The notes below the pieces were generated by a model, which was given only the letters and a program-made list of their open reading frames with translations, searched no databases and was not told where the DNA came from. Below, piece by piece: positions 27,001 to 39,158 of a stretch of DNA of 64,000 nucleotides. The position numbers and the translations under genes are program-made. The stretch's first letter is position 1. The number at the start of each line of letters is the position of its first letter. The DNA is taken from contig NW_024704742.1 in the NCBI RefSeq assembly GCF_018977255.1, positions 68,388,001 through 68,452,000 on the forward strand. Reading direction: 5' to 3'. Origin of the DNA: Callorhinchus milii (Eukaryota).

Positions 27001-27974
27001 TTCAGAGCAAAATGATTTTATACGCACTATACAGAAGGAATGATCCTACTAAAACAAACAGCAGCAACAAATGTACATCTATATAGCATCTTTCTCGTCG
27101 TGAGGCACTGCACGGTCCTGGCTTTGCTATAATTCCCAGGAAATTCTCTGAAACACAGGAGACCTTTCGAACAACTTGATAAACCGCTATATCAAATACA
27201 AGCATTATTATTCTACATGAGTATGGAGACACCCATTATCCCTCTATTGCAGGTCTCCAAGCTGTCAGACAAGTCACTTTCTACAGTATGTAGGTGGGCT
27301 GGGGGTAGGGAGTATCACAATAAGGTGCATATAACTTTTTAAATGTTTGCTATGCACGCTTTGAGATGTATTAAATCTTGTTTATAATGAACTGAATATA
27401 CTACAGTCAGCAAATTTAATGTTCAAATCTATTTGCTTCACAGCTGAACACAATACTTCCCTTATGATAAAATAAAATGACTACGTATAGATATTAAAAT
27501 ATCTGAACCTATTAATTAACGGAGTCACAACAGAACCATGGAGTTATCCTTGGAAGTAATTTATTACTGTTATAAATAACGGGATGGGTTGCAGTTGGAT
27601 TCTTGATATCTGTAACACTTCAATACTGGATTCTCTTTTGCTGCAGCTGCATTTTAGTGCTACTTAAAGAGCACAAAAGGTCTGAGTTGCTGATAGGTTA
27701 CAGCAGGAACAAATTAAATAAACAAATACATTAGTTGTACTTGTTAAAGCAATTTACCAATGCAAAATATCACAAAGTGTTTCATTCAAGGAGTTACTTT
27801 GAAGTGCTTCACAAACAGCATTGAGATGAATGACCAAAAGGTATAATTTTTTCTGTGAATTAGTCTGAGGTAAGAATATTAGTCTGCCGACGAGAAGCAC
27901 TCCCAAATCGTGCTACAAGGCCTTTAATGTTTGATAGAACTGGTAGATAAATCCGTGGTTTAAACAGCTAATAT

Positions 27975-28230
27975 ACAACAAAAAACAACTTACACTTGAC
28001 GTCGGGGGGATGTCCCAAGTTGATGAACAATCAAGGATTTGAACCCGAGCTGGGGGTTGGGAACAGGAGGGTGGGGGATGGTGTGACCGAAGGTTCGGTC
28101 AAAGAGAAGTCTTGAGACAGGCCTTGAAGGAGGCAAGGGAGGGGGCGAAGGGAAGGTTCTATGGGATGGGTTTCCAAAAGGTGGGGGTAGAAAGGCAGAT
28201 GGCCGACCGCCAACGGTGCGGCGGACAGGG
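27975..28230 (-). mobile_element. L2 3' end, lying within a degenerate Deu-type SINE (~27770-28330)
   Basis: L2 3' UTR homology; SINE body to the left and tRNA-head remnant (~28255-28330) to the right. Confidence 0.7.
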
Positions 28231-28619
28231 CAATAGGTATTAAAGATTAATACCTCCAATACATCACTCTCAATACTTGACCCTGGAATGTTTTGACCCA
28301 GAGGTGAAAGTGCTACCAAATGAGCGAAAATGACAGAACAGATGGTTGCAATAAGTGTGAGAGTGGATCAAACATACTGCCTTGCCGGTAATTGCAAATA
28401 GCAGATGCAATCCCCATGGAATGAATCTTTTTCACACGGTTACTTGTTTCCCCTTTGAGCTCTATGGAAAATTCCTTAACAGATTTTTAAGAACGAATTT
28501 GAGAAAAACATAATGAAGAAACCAAAAGATAACCACAATATTGACCGCTTTGGGCAAGTATTAATTAACCCAGAATAGTGTTTATTTATAAATGGCAGCT
28601 TATATTTGACTATTTTGTT

Positions 28620-28850
28620 TTACCCAGTGAGTTATTACAATCTGGAATGCACTGTCTGAAAGGGTGGTGGAAGCAGATTCAATAGTAGCTTTCAAAAGGG
28701 AATTTGATATGTATTTGAAAAGGAAAAAATTGCATGGCTACGGGGCAAGAGCATGGCAGCAGGACAAGTTAGATAGTTCTTTCAAAGAGCCAGCACAGGC
28801 AAAATAGGCAGAATGGCCTCCTTCTGTGCTGTAAGATTCTATGATTCTAT
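28620..28850 (+). mobile_element. CR1 3' end
   Basis: TGGAATGCACTG..GAAAGGGTGGTGGAAGCAGATTC and the CR1 3' UTR with (ATTCTATG)-type tail. Confidence 0.8.
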
Positions 28851-31800
28851 CATTTGGTTTAACTTTTGAGCAGTGTATGAAGCCAGGGAAATCCGATGGG
28901 ATTTCTAAACAGAAAGTAACAGAAATCAAGTACATTAAAAAAATTCAAAAACAACTTAATTTAAAACATTAGATTGTTGATATGGGCATAATACCAACAA
29001 GGATCTAATCTTGAGTTCTGGGAAATCAAACTAACAGCTGGGTGGGAACCACAACCCCAGACACAAGTGGAAAAGGCTATAGACAACAACAACTTGCCTT
29101 TGCAATGTCAAATCCCTTTTGCTTTCCCTTCCCCCCTTCCATAATGATTTAAACTTCCAGGCTAAAGCAGATTTTCCTTCAAACAGTTGATGAGGAAATT
29201 CTGAGGTTCAGCGTGACAGCTGCTGCGAGATGCTTCCTGGAATCCAAGTTCAGGAACACATGCTCATATATCCAAGGTATTATAACTGCAGACCACTTGA
29301 GGCAGACATACAATGGCACACATTGAGACAGGCTTGGTTCACTTCATTCACACAAATGGAAAATCTCAGAAGCCTACAGTCCAAACACTACCTCTAACAG
29401 TCCGGAAATATGCAAGCAGCTTGTTCATTGTTGCTTGAAGGAGTATGGGGTTAAGGTGGGGAAATAGGATTGAATGGACAGCTTGCTCCAAGTGTCGGGT
29501 ACAAACTCTGGGCCAAATGTGCTCCTCATGCTCTGTAAATTTCTGCACTTCTAATCGCTCTCACTCAAATAAGACCCCAGCATCATTCTGTGCATTCTCT
29601 ATAACAAAGAATACATACACATCAAAAACAATTTACATTCATATAATGCCTCTCATGCGGGGTAGTATCTCAAAGCGCTTAAACTGACACCAAAAGTACT
29701 TTATTCAAAAGTACTCACACTAATATATTTTTATAAATCATTGCTATCAACTGATAACAAAACATCTGCAGCATTATACAGGGAACAGAAACTGTGAATA
29801 AAAATACTGTCCAAACAATAAATTATTGCATTTCACATATAGTGCCTATAATGTCAAAACTTAAAGCACTACAAAGGTTTCTCGACTTCTCAAAGCACTT
29901 TCTGTGAAGTGACTGTGTAGACAAACACAGCAACCAATTTTTGCAAGTGCTTTCCAGTAATGCATTCAGAATGTCAGGCCAAAGTCAGCCCTGTGAACTC
30001 AATATCCCAATGAGGGCCTTGAACCCACAATCTTCTGATTCAGATGTAAGAGTTCTATTAGCTGAGTCCGGTTAACACAAAATAACACATAACCATACCA
30101 GATATGATGTATTCTCACACAGATATAACAAATAACAACATATGTTGTTTTCAATTGATATGGAATAATAACTCTTACATTTGATATAACGCCTTATCAC
30201 ATCGTTGAGACGTCTTGAAAGCTTCACAGAACATACTGTAAAGTGAATTGACTGTATATTTTGTGGGCAAAACTACTAAAAGAATTGCTGAATTGATTGA
30301 TTTACACTTTAAATAATACGACAAACCAAGATAAAGTTAGGAATGGGAGAGGAGTCTTTGAAGCTCTATTAGAAAGAGGAACCAAAGCAGTTGATACAAT
30401 AAGTGATCACAGATCACATTACCTCTTGTCCTCATTTGGTATTTTAAGGCTAACACTATATTCCAAGCCACATTGCCAAATGCAACATACTTTTAAGACA
30501 AAGCCATCCTATTCGGATAACCAACTGAAATAGTCTGGGTTAACAAAAAACATTACCTGGGAAAGTTATAGCTTGAAAGGCGACATTGATGAGAGGCAGA
30601 CATACAGTACAGAGCAAATTTATACAACATTTCACTTCACATAATTTTAGGTTTGGCAGATTTGCCAGAAGTGTATACTGTTTGGATTCCAGATTATAAC
30701 TATAGCAACAGGAGTATCATGTTTCAAAGTAGGAGTTAAGTGAGATCACACTAGAATGTTCCTTTTTCCAATCTAAGCTTTTAAGTTTTATACAGAAAAA
30801 ACACAAAAATTATTGACTGAAAGACAAAAATGTGTGTTGCCGAGATTGTAGTCCACAAGGTGTTCAATTGGACTTCAGTGCAACACTCTTATAACCCCCA
30901 CTGGTATACAGCAGCCTCACTTATACCCTATGGACCCACGCTAACCAGAAGTATGATACACCTGACTTCCAGCACTGAGTAGCCAACTTCCTTCAGTAAA
31001 ATAAAGGCCCACTTCATCACATCAGGTTACTGCTGATATCACTTTCTCAGTGTTACATAATTGCATCCTATATGCAGGAAGCATTTCTGATGTCATTTGA
31101 AAAGAAAGTAAACGCACATTGCATAGATATGTGACCGGTTGTTAGTTGATTGGCGGATTGTTTTCCAGGAGAAATAATCCCTCAAAAAAAAATTTGGTCA
31201 CTCAATTCTTGACTGTTTGTGGGACACTGCTGTGCGAAGTTGGCTGCCGCGTTTCACCCATAAAATACAGTCAATTCACTTTACAGTGTGTTCTGTGAAG
31301 CGCTTTGGGACGTCCTCCCGACGTGAAAAGCGCTATATCAAATGCAAGGATTATTATTATTATTATTATCTCGATGACGTAATAAGGTGCTATATCAAAT
31401 GCAAGGATTATTATTTTTATTATTATTAGCAGTGTTTTCTGTGCATAGAGTGCAGTGTTATGTCAGAGGTAACTTGGAATTTAATCATTTTTTTCCTTGC
31501 GTCGCTTATAACACAGCCTCAGACCCAGATATTGGAACAGAGTACTGCATTATAACGAGCCCTGAATGAATCAAGGTATCAATTAAAACAATCGAGACGA
31601 TTCCAAATTACAAGTCTTTGATAAATCTTGGGGCTGGATTGTAATGTTCCTTTTACTCTTGAAAAAGAGCACCTTCAAGTTACATATCCAATGCTTAGTG
31701 GTCACCTTTAAATCGTGCAGGCTGGCAGTTAATTATTATGATGGATAGTGTACTGCTTTGTTGCACAAAGTCGAAGAGCCTCCATTTTACTCTCTGCCTG

Positions 31801-31954
31801 TGGCAAATCTAGCAGTCACAAGAGTCAATAGAGCTCATTAAAGACTAATTTATACACTATCGAAGAGCAATACAGGAAAGAAATCCTGGTGCATCAAATT
31901 TCACTGCGATTAACTCTTACAAAATTCTTTCAAATTAGTCAAAAAAAAATTTGG

Positions 31955-32610
31955 AGGTGGTCAGCCGGGTGTTTGACACATGTGGAAACCCATCACTTTG
32001 CTTAAGAGTATCCAAACCAAGCTGATAATTCCATCCATCCCACCTCCCCTTGGAAATCCCAGGGATAGATTGTTGGAATGGAATGTGCACTCTCTCCCTG
32101 GAGGGACACATCCTGCTTAACTAATTCGGGAAAATATTAGGCGCAGATTGGTAAGAGCCAAGGCTTGGGGACCCAAGAGTATGTGTTGGGGTAACTGCTG
32201 GAGTCTAACCAGCTAAAACCACATAGCTTGCCACTGATATTGCTGTCTGGCAAGTTTTCCTGCTGCTTGTCCAGCTAGGATCACCCTACCTGTTACGGCT
32301 TTGGCTTGCAGGGTTAACAGGAGCTTGCAAGCCAAAGCCCCATTTGATTCCCTGCCTCCAATGACTGGTCTGCCCTTCCAGGTCCTGCCGATGGGCCAGG
32401 CTGGCCTTGCTATCATCAGCAGTGCCTTGGAATACTGCGGACCCGCCTGGCTCAGGAACTGGACTACCGAGACTGCCATAGAGGGCTGCCTCGATTCCAA
32501 TATTCCGTTGCCAAACATATCACATTGGAGCCAGTTCAGCTCCGAAGAGACCTCACTTACCTTCCCCCAGGAGGACAAGTCAGAAACTGTTTGATTACTT
32601 TTAAGCACAG
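31955..32610. repeat. Unclassified interspersed repeat, longest copy in the window
   Basis: Homologous segments at ~18168-18480 and 47050-47320 (same orientation) and ~19845-20070, 26585-26797, 42845-42911 + 46024-46265 (opposite orientation). Confidence 0.85.
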
Positions 32611-32790
32611 GATTTCAGCATGTGTCGGACACCCAGCTGATCAAAATAAAAATGGAATCAATTTAAGATTAATTATTATTATTGTAAGTGATCTCATAAA
32701 GACACTCAGATTCAAAAATCACAAAGATAGTGACTACCATCAGGCCAATTCAAAGATAACAATTTGCATTTATATAGCGCCCCTCACACT

Positions 32791-33215
32791 GTACCATTCG
32801 GCCCATCGAGTCTGTGCCGGCTCTTTGACAAGAGCAACTGACTTTTATTAACTCCACTCACCAGCTTTCTCCCCATAACCCTGCAAACCCATCTTCCCCA
32901 GATACCTATCCAGTTCTCTCTTAAAAGCTGTTATCGAATCGGACTTCACTGCCCTTTCAGGCGGATCATTCCAAATTCTAACAACTCGCTGAGTGAAAAC
33001 ATTTCTTCTTACCTCCAATCTGCTTCTTTTGGTAGATATCTTAAGACTGTGACCACGAGTCACAGACACACCTACCAGCGGAAACAGCTTTTCCCTATCA
33101 AGCCTGTCGAAACCTTTCATAATCTTGAAGACCTCTATCAGGTCCCCGCGTAACCTTCTCTGCTCTAATGGGAAAAGTCCTAACTTTTCCAGCCTGTCCT
33201 CATAGCTAAAGTTCC
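32791..33215 (-). mobile_element. CR1 LINE 3' fragment
   Basis: SYEDRLEKLGLFPLEQRRLRGDLIEVFKIMKG...FTQRVVRIWN, the CR1 ORF2 C-terminus, plus 3' UTR ATGGGCCGAATGG. Confidence 0.92.
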
Positions 33216-34009
33216 CCACAATGCACAATTTGCTTTCTGAAAAGGGCATGCAAGCCTCTGAATGGGGCTATGTGATTCTTACAAGCCTCCAAAACAGGTC
33301 CACTCTAGCGGCAGCTGGGTACTCAGGGTCATAGCGACTATGAGAGCAATCAAACCTGTGAGTCAGAGCGCATCAGTGATCATACCATCCTGGCCCTAAA
33401 TACTAAACATGGAATCCATAATATGCACATTCAACCAAAGCCATGTGTCACCCAACCAGAGCCATCAAATAGCTACTGGTCCTCTGTGTTCGTTTTGCCT
33501 GATGCCCATTCGTGCCAGCTTGCAATAGCTTGAAGCTTCTATTGCTACTTGTACCCAGTAAGCAGCTTCTCCATGTGCTTGCTGAAAAGGGTTTAGTTTC
33601 AAAAGGCATTTGCAAAAGCCTGATCTGCAATTTCTAATATCTCTTAATGGTATTAAACACATCTGAGAAAAAAAACATTAAAAAGGGATGGAATACCAAG
33701 AACAGAAAGACTGAAAATGGAACTGCATAATAATATAAAAATCTTCATTGCATTTGATATAGCACCTTATCACATCATTGAGACGTCTCAAAGCACTTCA
33801 CAGAATATACTATAAAGTGAATTGACTGTATATTTTGTGGAAGAAACGCAGCAGCCAATTGAGCACAACAGTGTCCCACAATCGAGCAAGAAGAAAATTG
33901 CGCACTTAAGCCTTTGTGCAGAGAACATGGTTAATTTATTTAAACTCAGGCTCAATAATGACAGTCCTAACAAGATAATTGACATTCAAACTAAAACCAA
34001 GAATTGTTC

Positions 34010-34041
<32 letters not shown>

Positions 34042-36069
34042 AGTATGTTCAAGCAAAGGAACCCAGGCCACAAGAGGTTTAGTCAAGTGAAAATATGAAT
34101 GCAAGGAATGTGGAGGGAGAGTCATGAAAACTGAGCAGTAAGAGGTCAAAGAATGTCCAAGAAAAAAATGATAACTAGGTTTCAAGTAACAATTATGGAT
34201 TTAGACGTTTCAAACCGCAATCAACCACAATCAACCCAGAACAAGCCACCAGAGAACAGCTGCACCAGGAAATCTGGTTAAACACAACGGTTGTACAGAT
34301 ACAAATCAGCCTGGTTAAGAAATCAGACAGGCAGCGGTGCACCGTAGATAAAATTAATAAGAAAACCCCAACTGAAATTATGCCCTTGCATGACGGCCAC
34401 AGCAAACTGCAACGAGTTGCAGCCACTAATCATGGAAGAGGGGAAGCATGACAGAGCCAGGAAACTACAGGGAAATAACTGACTTTGACAGCGAGGAGAA
34501 TGTGTGCAGCCAGATAGATCATTTTTTAAAAAAAAAGAACAAGTTTTATAAAGATTAAATAATAATCCCTGCATTTGATCTCCAATTATTATGAATTCCC
34601 TCCAGATTCTGATTTCACCCTTTTTTAAGGCAATACATTTTCAAAAAAGTGATACAATGTGTTTAGTTTTAAAAGCTGAATTGCGTTCAAAGTAGATTTA
34701 CTTGAGGCCACTGGAACTTAGTGTGACCTCTTGCCACAACAAATACAATATATTCAAGGTTACATTTTTCTTTCTGGATGTTTAAGAAATAGGATTTTTA
34801 ACATATAATAATCCCTCACAAACAAAATTTGGTCACTCAGTCCTCGACTGTTTGTGGGACAATTGGTTGTGCGTTTGGCCCACAAAATACAGCCAATTCA
34901 CTTTACAATGCATATGTCAAAGCTCTATATCAAATGCATAGATTATCATTATTATCTTAAACTCAATCTTTTGAAGGGCGGTGGCCAATTAAACTTGGCA
35001 AAAATTAAGGCAATAGTGTAACTCACTGGAGTGACCTTCACTTTAACAGCAGCTTTAATATGTCTCTTTGATAATAAAATAGGAAACAATCCTGTTATTT
35101 TGTTGGTATTCTACGATTGTTTGTGGGACACTGCTGTACATAATTGTCTGTCACGTTTCGCCCACAAAATATTGAGTATATTCTGTGAAGTGCTTTGAGA
35201 CGTCTCAACGATGTGTTAAGGTGCTATATCAAATGCGATTATTATTATTATTATTTTAGGTTGGGGTTAAAAATTAACAGAACAATGAATTGAGTGAATG
35301 AAGCTTTTTTAAATAAATGAGAATTTTGCTCTAATCTTTACTCCTCGAAATTTACTTTTGTTCAGTCCAAGCTTCTGCAGTCTCTTCTTTTTGGGGATTT
35401 CTTATACTCATTTCTGCCTTTTGGGTTGTATTTTCAAAATTACACATTTTGAAAATCATTCAACTAATTGCCAAACCAGGATTTATCTTGTCTTCTGCTT
35501 TTCTGTACTATGGCCTTGGCTATAAGTTCTCAATCATTAAGAAATTTACATTACTGTATACCAGTTCTACACTTTCTTGGGACGTCCTCCCGACGTGAAA
35601 GGTGTTATACAAATGTAATTTTGTTGTAACTTTTCTGTTGTACTCTGTACTCTTTGACCATGCTTCGTTCCTCTTCTCCCCTGAAAACTTTTCTCTTTGA
35701 CCGTACCTATGGTCAGCTCCCCTTTCTCATGGCTCGGCATCAAACTACGCCATTGTTGAGCCTCCAGATACACTACCCTAAGTGAAGGGCACAACATGAA
35801 TTCAAGTACTTGTTGAAATTGTATTTCAAAATTATAGGAAAAAAATGTTAACATTGATTGGGAAAAATGACAAATATGGATGTTTGCCGATTAAAATTGG
35901 AAACCCAAATACTATGCATGTATCTGGACTGCAATATTCATCAATTATATGCCCTTTACACATCTCAAAGCTTTATTTTAAGGATCAATTTCTAAACATT
36001 TGCACCATCTAGCCAAAGTGAATCACATCAATTAACAACTGAAAGTTCAAACCCTAATAACTAATAAGG

Positions 36070-36403
36070 TAATAATAATAATAATAATAATAATAATCCT
36101 TGCATTTGATATAGCGCTTTTCACGTCGGGAGGACGTCCCAAAGCGCTTCACAGAACACACTGTAAAGTGAATTGACTGTATATTTGTGGGTGAACGCGG
36201 CAGCCAATTGCGCACAGCAATGTCCCACAAACAGTCGTGGATTGAAAATGACCAATTTATTATTGTTTTTGGTTTTGGAGGGATTATTATTAGGCGTGTG
36301 CAGTAAGGAAACTTGCCCAAGGTTTCGCCCTCTGCCTGGAATTGAACTCAGGTCTCTCGCTTGCAAAGCGAGTGCTCTAACTACTGAGCTACAGGACTCC
36401 ACA
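36070..36403 (-). mobile_element. tRNA-derived SINE, short subfamily, full length
   Basis: Reverse complement of 50393-50717 with few differences; anticodon arm CTCGC-TTTGCAA-GCGAG. Confidence 0.9.
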
Positions 36404-36589
36404 TAATAACAATACTACTAATAATTACAAATAATCAGCTGCGGCCGAAGGCGACTTAAAATCGTTCGTTTAAAAAAATAAAATAAAATTCTCGCGCCAA
36501 GCTTAAGATTTGAACGAAATGGACTTAAGTCTCAACCCAAGTGGAATTTCAGCAATAGGATAGGAAAATGTGGGGCTTTTCCCTGTTTC

Positions 36590-36790
36590 CTCCCCACCCC
36601 CCTCCCACCCCCGTGCTCTGAGATGGGTGGGGATTGATTTGGGGGGGGCGGTGTGGGGGCGGGGGGGGGGGGGGGAGTGTGGGGGGGTGTGTGGGGGGTA
36701 AGGGTGATTGAGAGAGAAAGGAGGAGGCAAAAAAGTTTTCATGTCTTTGGATGGTGGTAGTGGGGTGGGGGGTGGGGGGTGGGGGGTTCA
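36590..36790 (+). repeat. G-rich low-complexity tract (potential G-quadruplex), preceded by a short C-rich tract
   Basis: More than ten runs of 3 or more G in 36624-36787. Confidence 0.75.
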
Positions 36791-38426
36791 GGTAACTGGC
36801 TGTAAGTAAATTCTTTGTAATTTATCTCTTCACCATTAGATCTATTAGATCAAAGTACTAGGAGTATCTGGTACTTTGGTATGAGCAGCTCTAAGTAGGT
36901 TGATCTCCATAGATCTACAGTAAATTGGTGAGTAAAGATTATGAGCAAACTAACCTCCTCACCAATTTTACCCATTCTAAGAAAATAGACGTTTTACTTT
37001 GTTTAATGGACAGTACTATTTTTAAAAAAAAGTATATTCCTGAGCCAGCTTTGTATCCACTATGTATTTACCAAAAAGTGATAAACCTCGAACCATCTAT
37101 AAATTTACCCAGTAATGAAAGAGTTAAAATATAAATTCAGATAGAAACTAAGTTCAGTGCTAAAAAACATGCGGTTTTGTATCTCAAAAGGGTTTTGTTT
37201 TTAAAACATAGGCAATGCTAGAGAATGAACAAAGTGATCACAGGATCTGAACTGCAGCAATACGTTTGTTCTCTGAGAATGTCTGTACTCTACGATTTAT
37301 ATCTGATTGGTTCAAAAGCATGTGATAGCCTGAACTCGGCAAAAGCACAGATTATTTGAGAGGAAGAGAAAAACCTACTAAATCAGTCTTTGTTACTGTT
37401 GAACTTAAAAAGTCAGAATGGAAATTTATTCTGAAACTTTTTAAAAAGAAGTCATTGTAAACCAGTCCCTTCAACCTGCTCCTTTTCGTTTCCGATTTTC
37501 ACAATGCTTGTTCAATATTTCATAAATGAAAGATTCTTTGTAAGTGAACATGAAACCGAAGTTATATTGTGTCCCAGAACCTTGGGACGTTCTCCTAACA
37601 AGAAAGGCACAATACAAATGTAGTTTGTTGTTATAGAGGTGAGATTACCTTTTTCTATGACTCATATACTTCCTTACCCTTCCTTTTGCTAAACATTTAT
37701 TTCTGCTTTCTTATACAACGCTAACTAAACACTACATATTCCCCGAATCTCTGGAACGCTTTGCCTCAGTCCCTCCAGCTTGCCCAATCTTTGCCCTTTT
37801 TAAATCACTGAATGGGCCTTCGATCACTTCCGATTCCTCTCTGGCTTGGCATCAAGCTGTTGCACTACCTGCATAGAGGACCCCATATAAATGCAAGTTG
37901 TTGGTGATGGTGTGGTTATTCGCCTTGATGATTGGCGAATAACGTTAGACCTTTCCAATGTTCTCACCTGCCTCCAACTCTCAAGAAGCTTCAACGGATC
38001 CAAAGCTCTGCATAAGGCTCCACTTTATCACCATCCTCACCAAGATACATTACCTGCAAGTACTTCAGTAGATTTAGTTACAATATTTATTATGGTCTTT
38101 AAATCCTTCCAATGATGTGTCCTGCCCCAACCAATGCAACCTACTGCAAAGTTACACTCCATTATCTTCCACTGTTGCTTTCTCCCCACTGCTTTGTTCC
38201 ACTGTTGGATTTTCCCATCGCCTTTAAAGGGCTTTGAGATACACTAAACTCCTACAGTTGCTTCAATAAACAAGACCCTGGCTTAACTAATCACTACCAC
38301 TTAAGTCACCATGCTGTTAATATCTCGGCCACTTCCCATGCAAAATGTTGATAAGGGTCTCCACTTTACTTGTCACTCCTCTTAACATGTAACGCGTCGC
38401 ATTCTAGAAAATCTTGTAACTACTTA

Positions 38427-38782
38427 CTTCTGATAACTCGTCCTATAATTTGGCATCCTCTAAGATGCCCAACGTTCACCAAAAGCCCACAGTGTGGTGT
38501 GGACGCTTGGTGATTTTGGGAGCATGTGCTCAGATGCAACACAGAGTCCTCTGCTCTATTGGAGGGCCATTCCTGTAACAGGATAAAGCAGGAGGCCACA
38601 GCATGGCGCTCCAATAGACCAGAGGCTGTGATCCATCTAACCCTATTTGGTATGCCCAACCTTCACAGAGTACCTGCACCAGTCACAGCGCCCATTGTGG
38701 ACCAGGAGGACCTATGCCCAACTAGCCACTCTGGATAACTAGTCCCTGAGTCAATTTCCCTTGCTATGACGAGTTATCAGAG
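38427..38782. mobile_element. TA-flanked MITE-like element (Tc1/mariner-type ends)
   Basis: TA|CTTCTGATAACTCGTC ... GACGAGTTATCAGAG|TA; 14-bp exact inverted core at 38429-38442 and 38768-38781. Confidence 0.65.
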
Positions 38783-38809
38783 TATGTACCTGATGTCAGA
38801 GAGCACTAA

Positions 38810-39158
38810 ATAATAATAATAATCCTTGCATTTGATATAGCGCCTTATCATGACTTTAAGAGATGTCTCAAAGCGCTTCACGGAATATTCTGTGAAGTTA
38901 ATTGACTGTATATTTTGTGGGCGAAACTCGACAGCCAATTGCACGCAGCAGTGTCCCACAGACAGTCGTGGACTGAGTGACCAAGTTATTATTTATTTAT
39001 TTTGAAGGAATTATTACCTCCGATAAAATGATCCGCCAATCGACTACTTACTGCTACGTAAACAGAGGCATGGAGTAAAGAAACTCGCCCTGCCAGGAAT
39101 CGAACCCATGTCTCTTGCTTGCAAGGCAAGTGCTCTAACCACTGAGCTACAGGACTCC
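38810..39158 (-). mobile_element. tRNA-derived SINE, long subfamily with small deletions
   Basis: Homology to the other copies; head ends GCTACAGGACTCC. Confidence 0.85.

Noticed and set aside
30423..30556. Possible second 5'-UTR exon (ttcccag|...AAGAG|gtaatg)
   Set aside because: Splice sites are plausible but there is no independent support; needs RNA-seq.
32213..32608. Overlapping 131-aa and 97-aa ORFs
   Set aside because: They lie in the unclassified repeat, have no recognisable domain, and are not kept open in other copies.
34200..34510. Unique, moderately GC-rich patch as an enhancer (similar patches at ~12040-12180, 24610-24810, 51790-52000)
   Set aside because: Composition alone is not enough; needs conservation or chromatin data.
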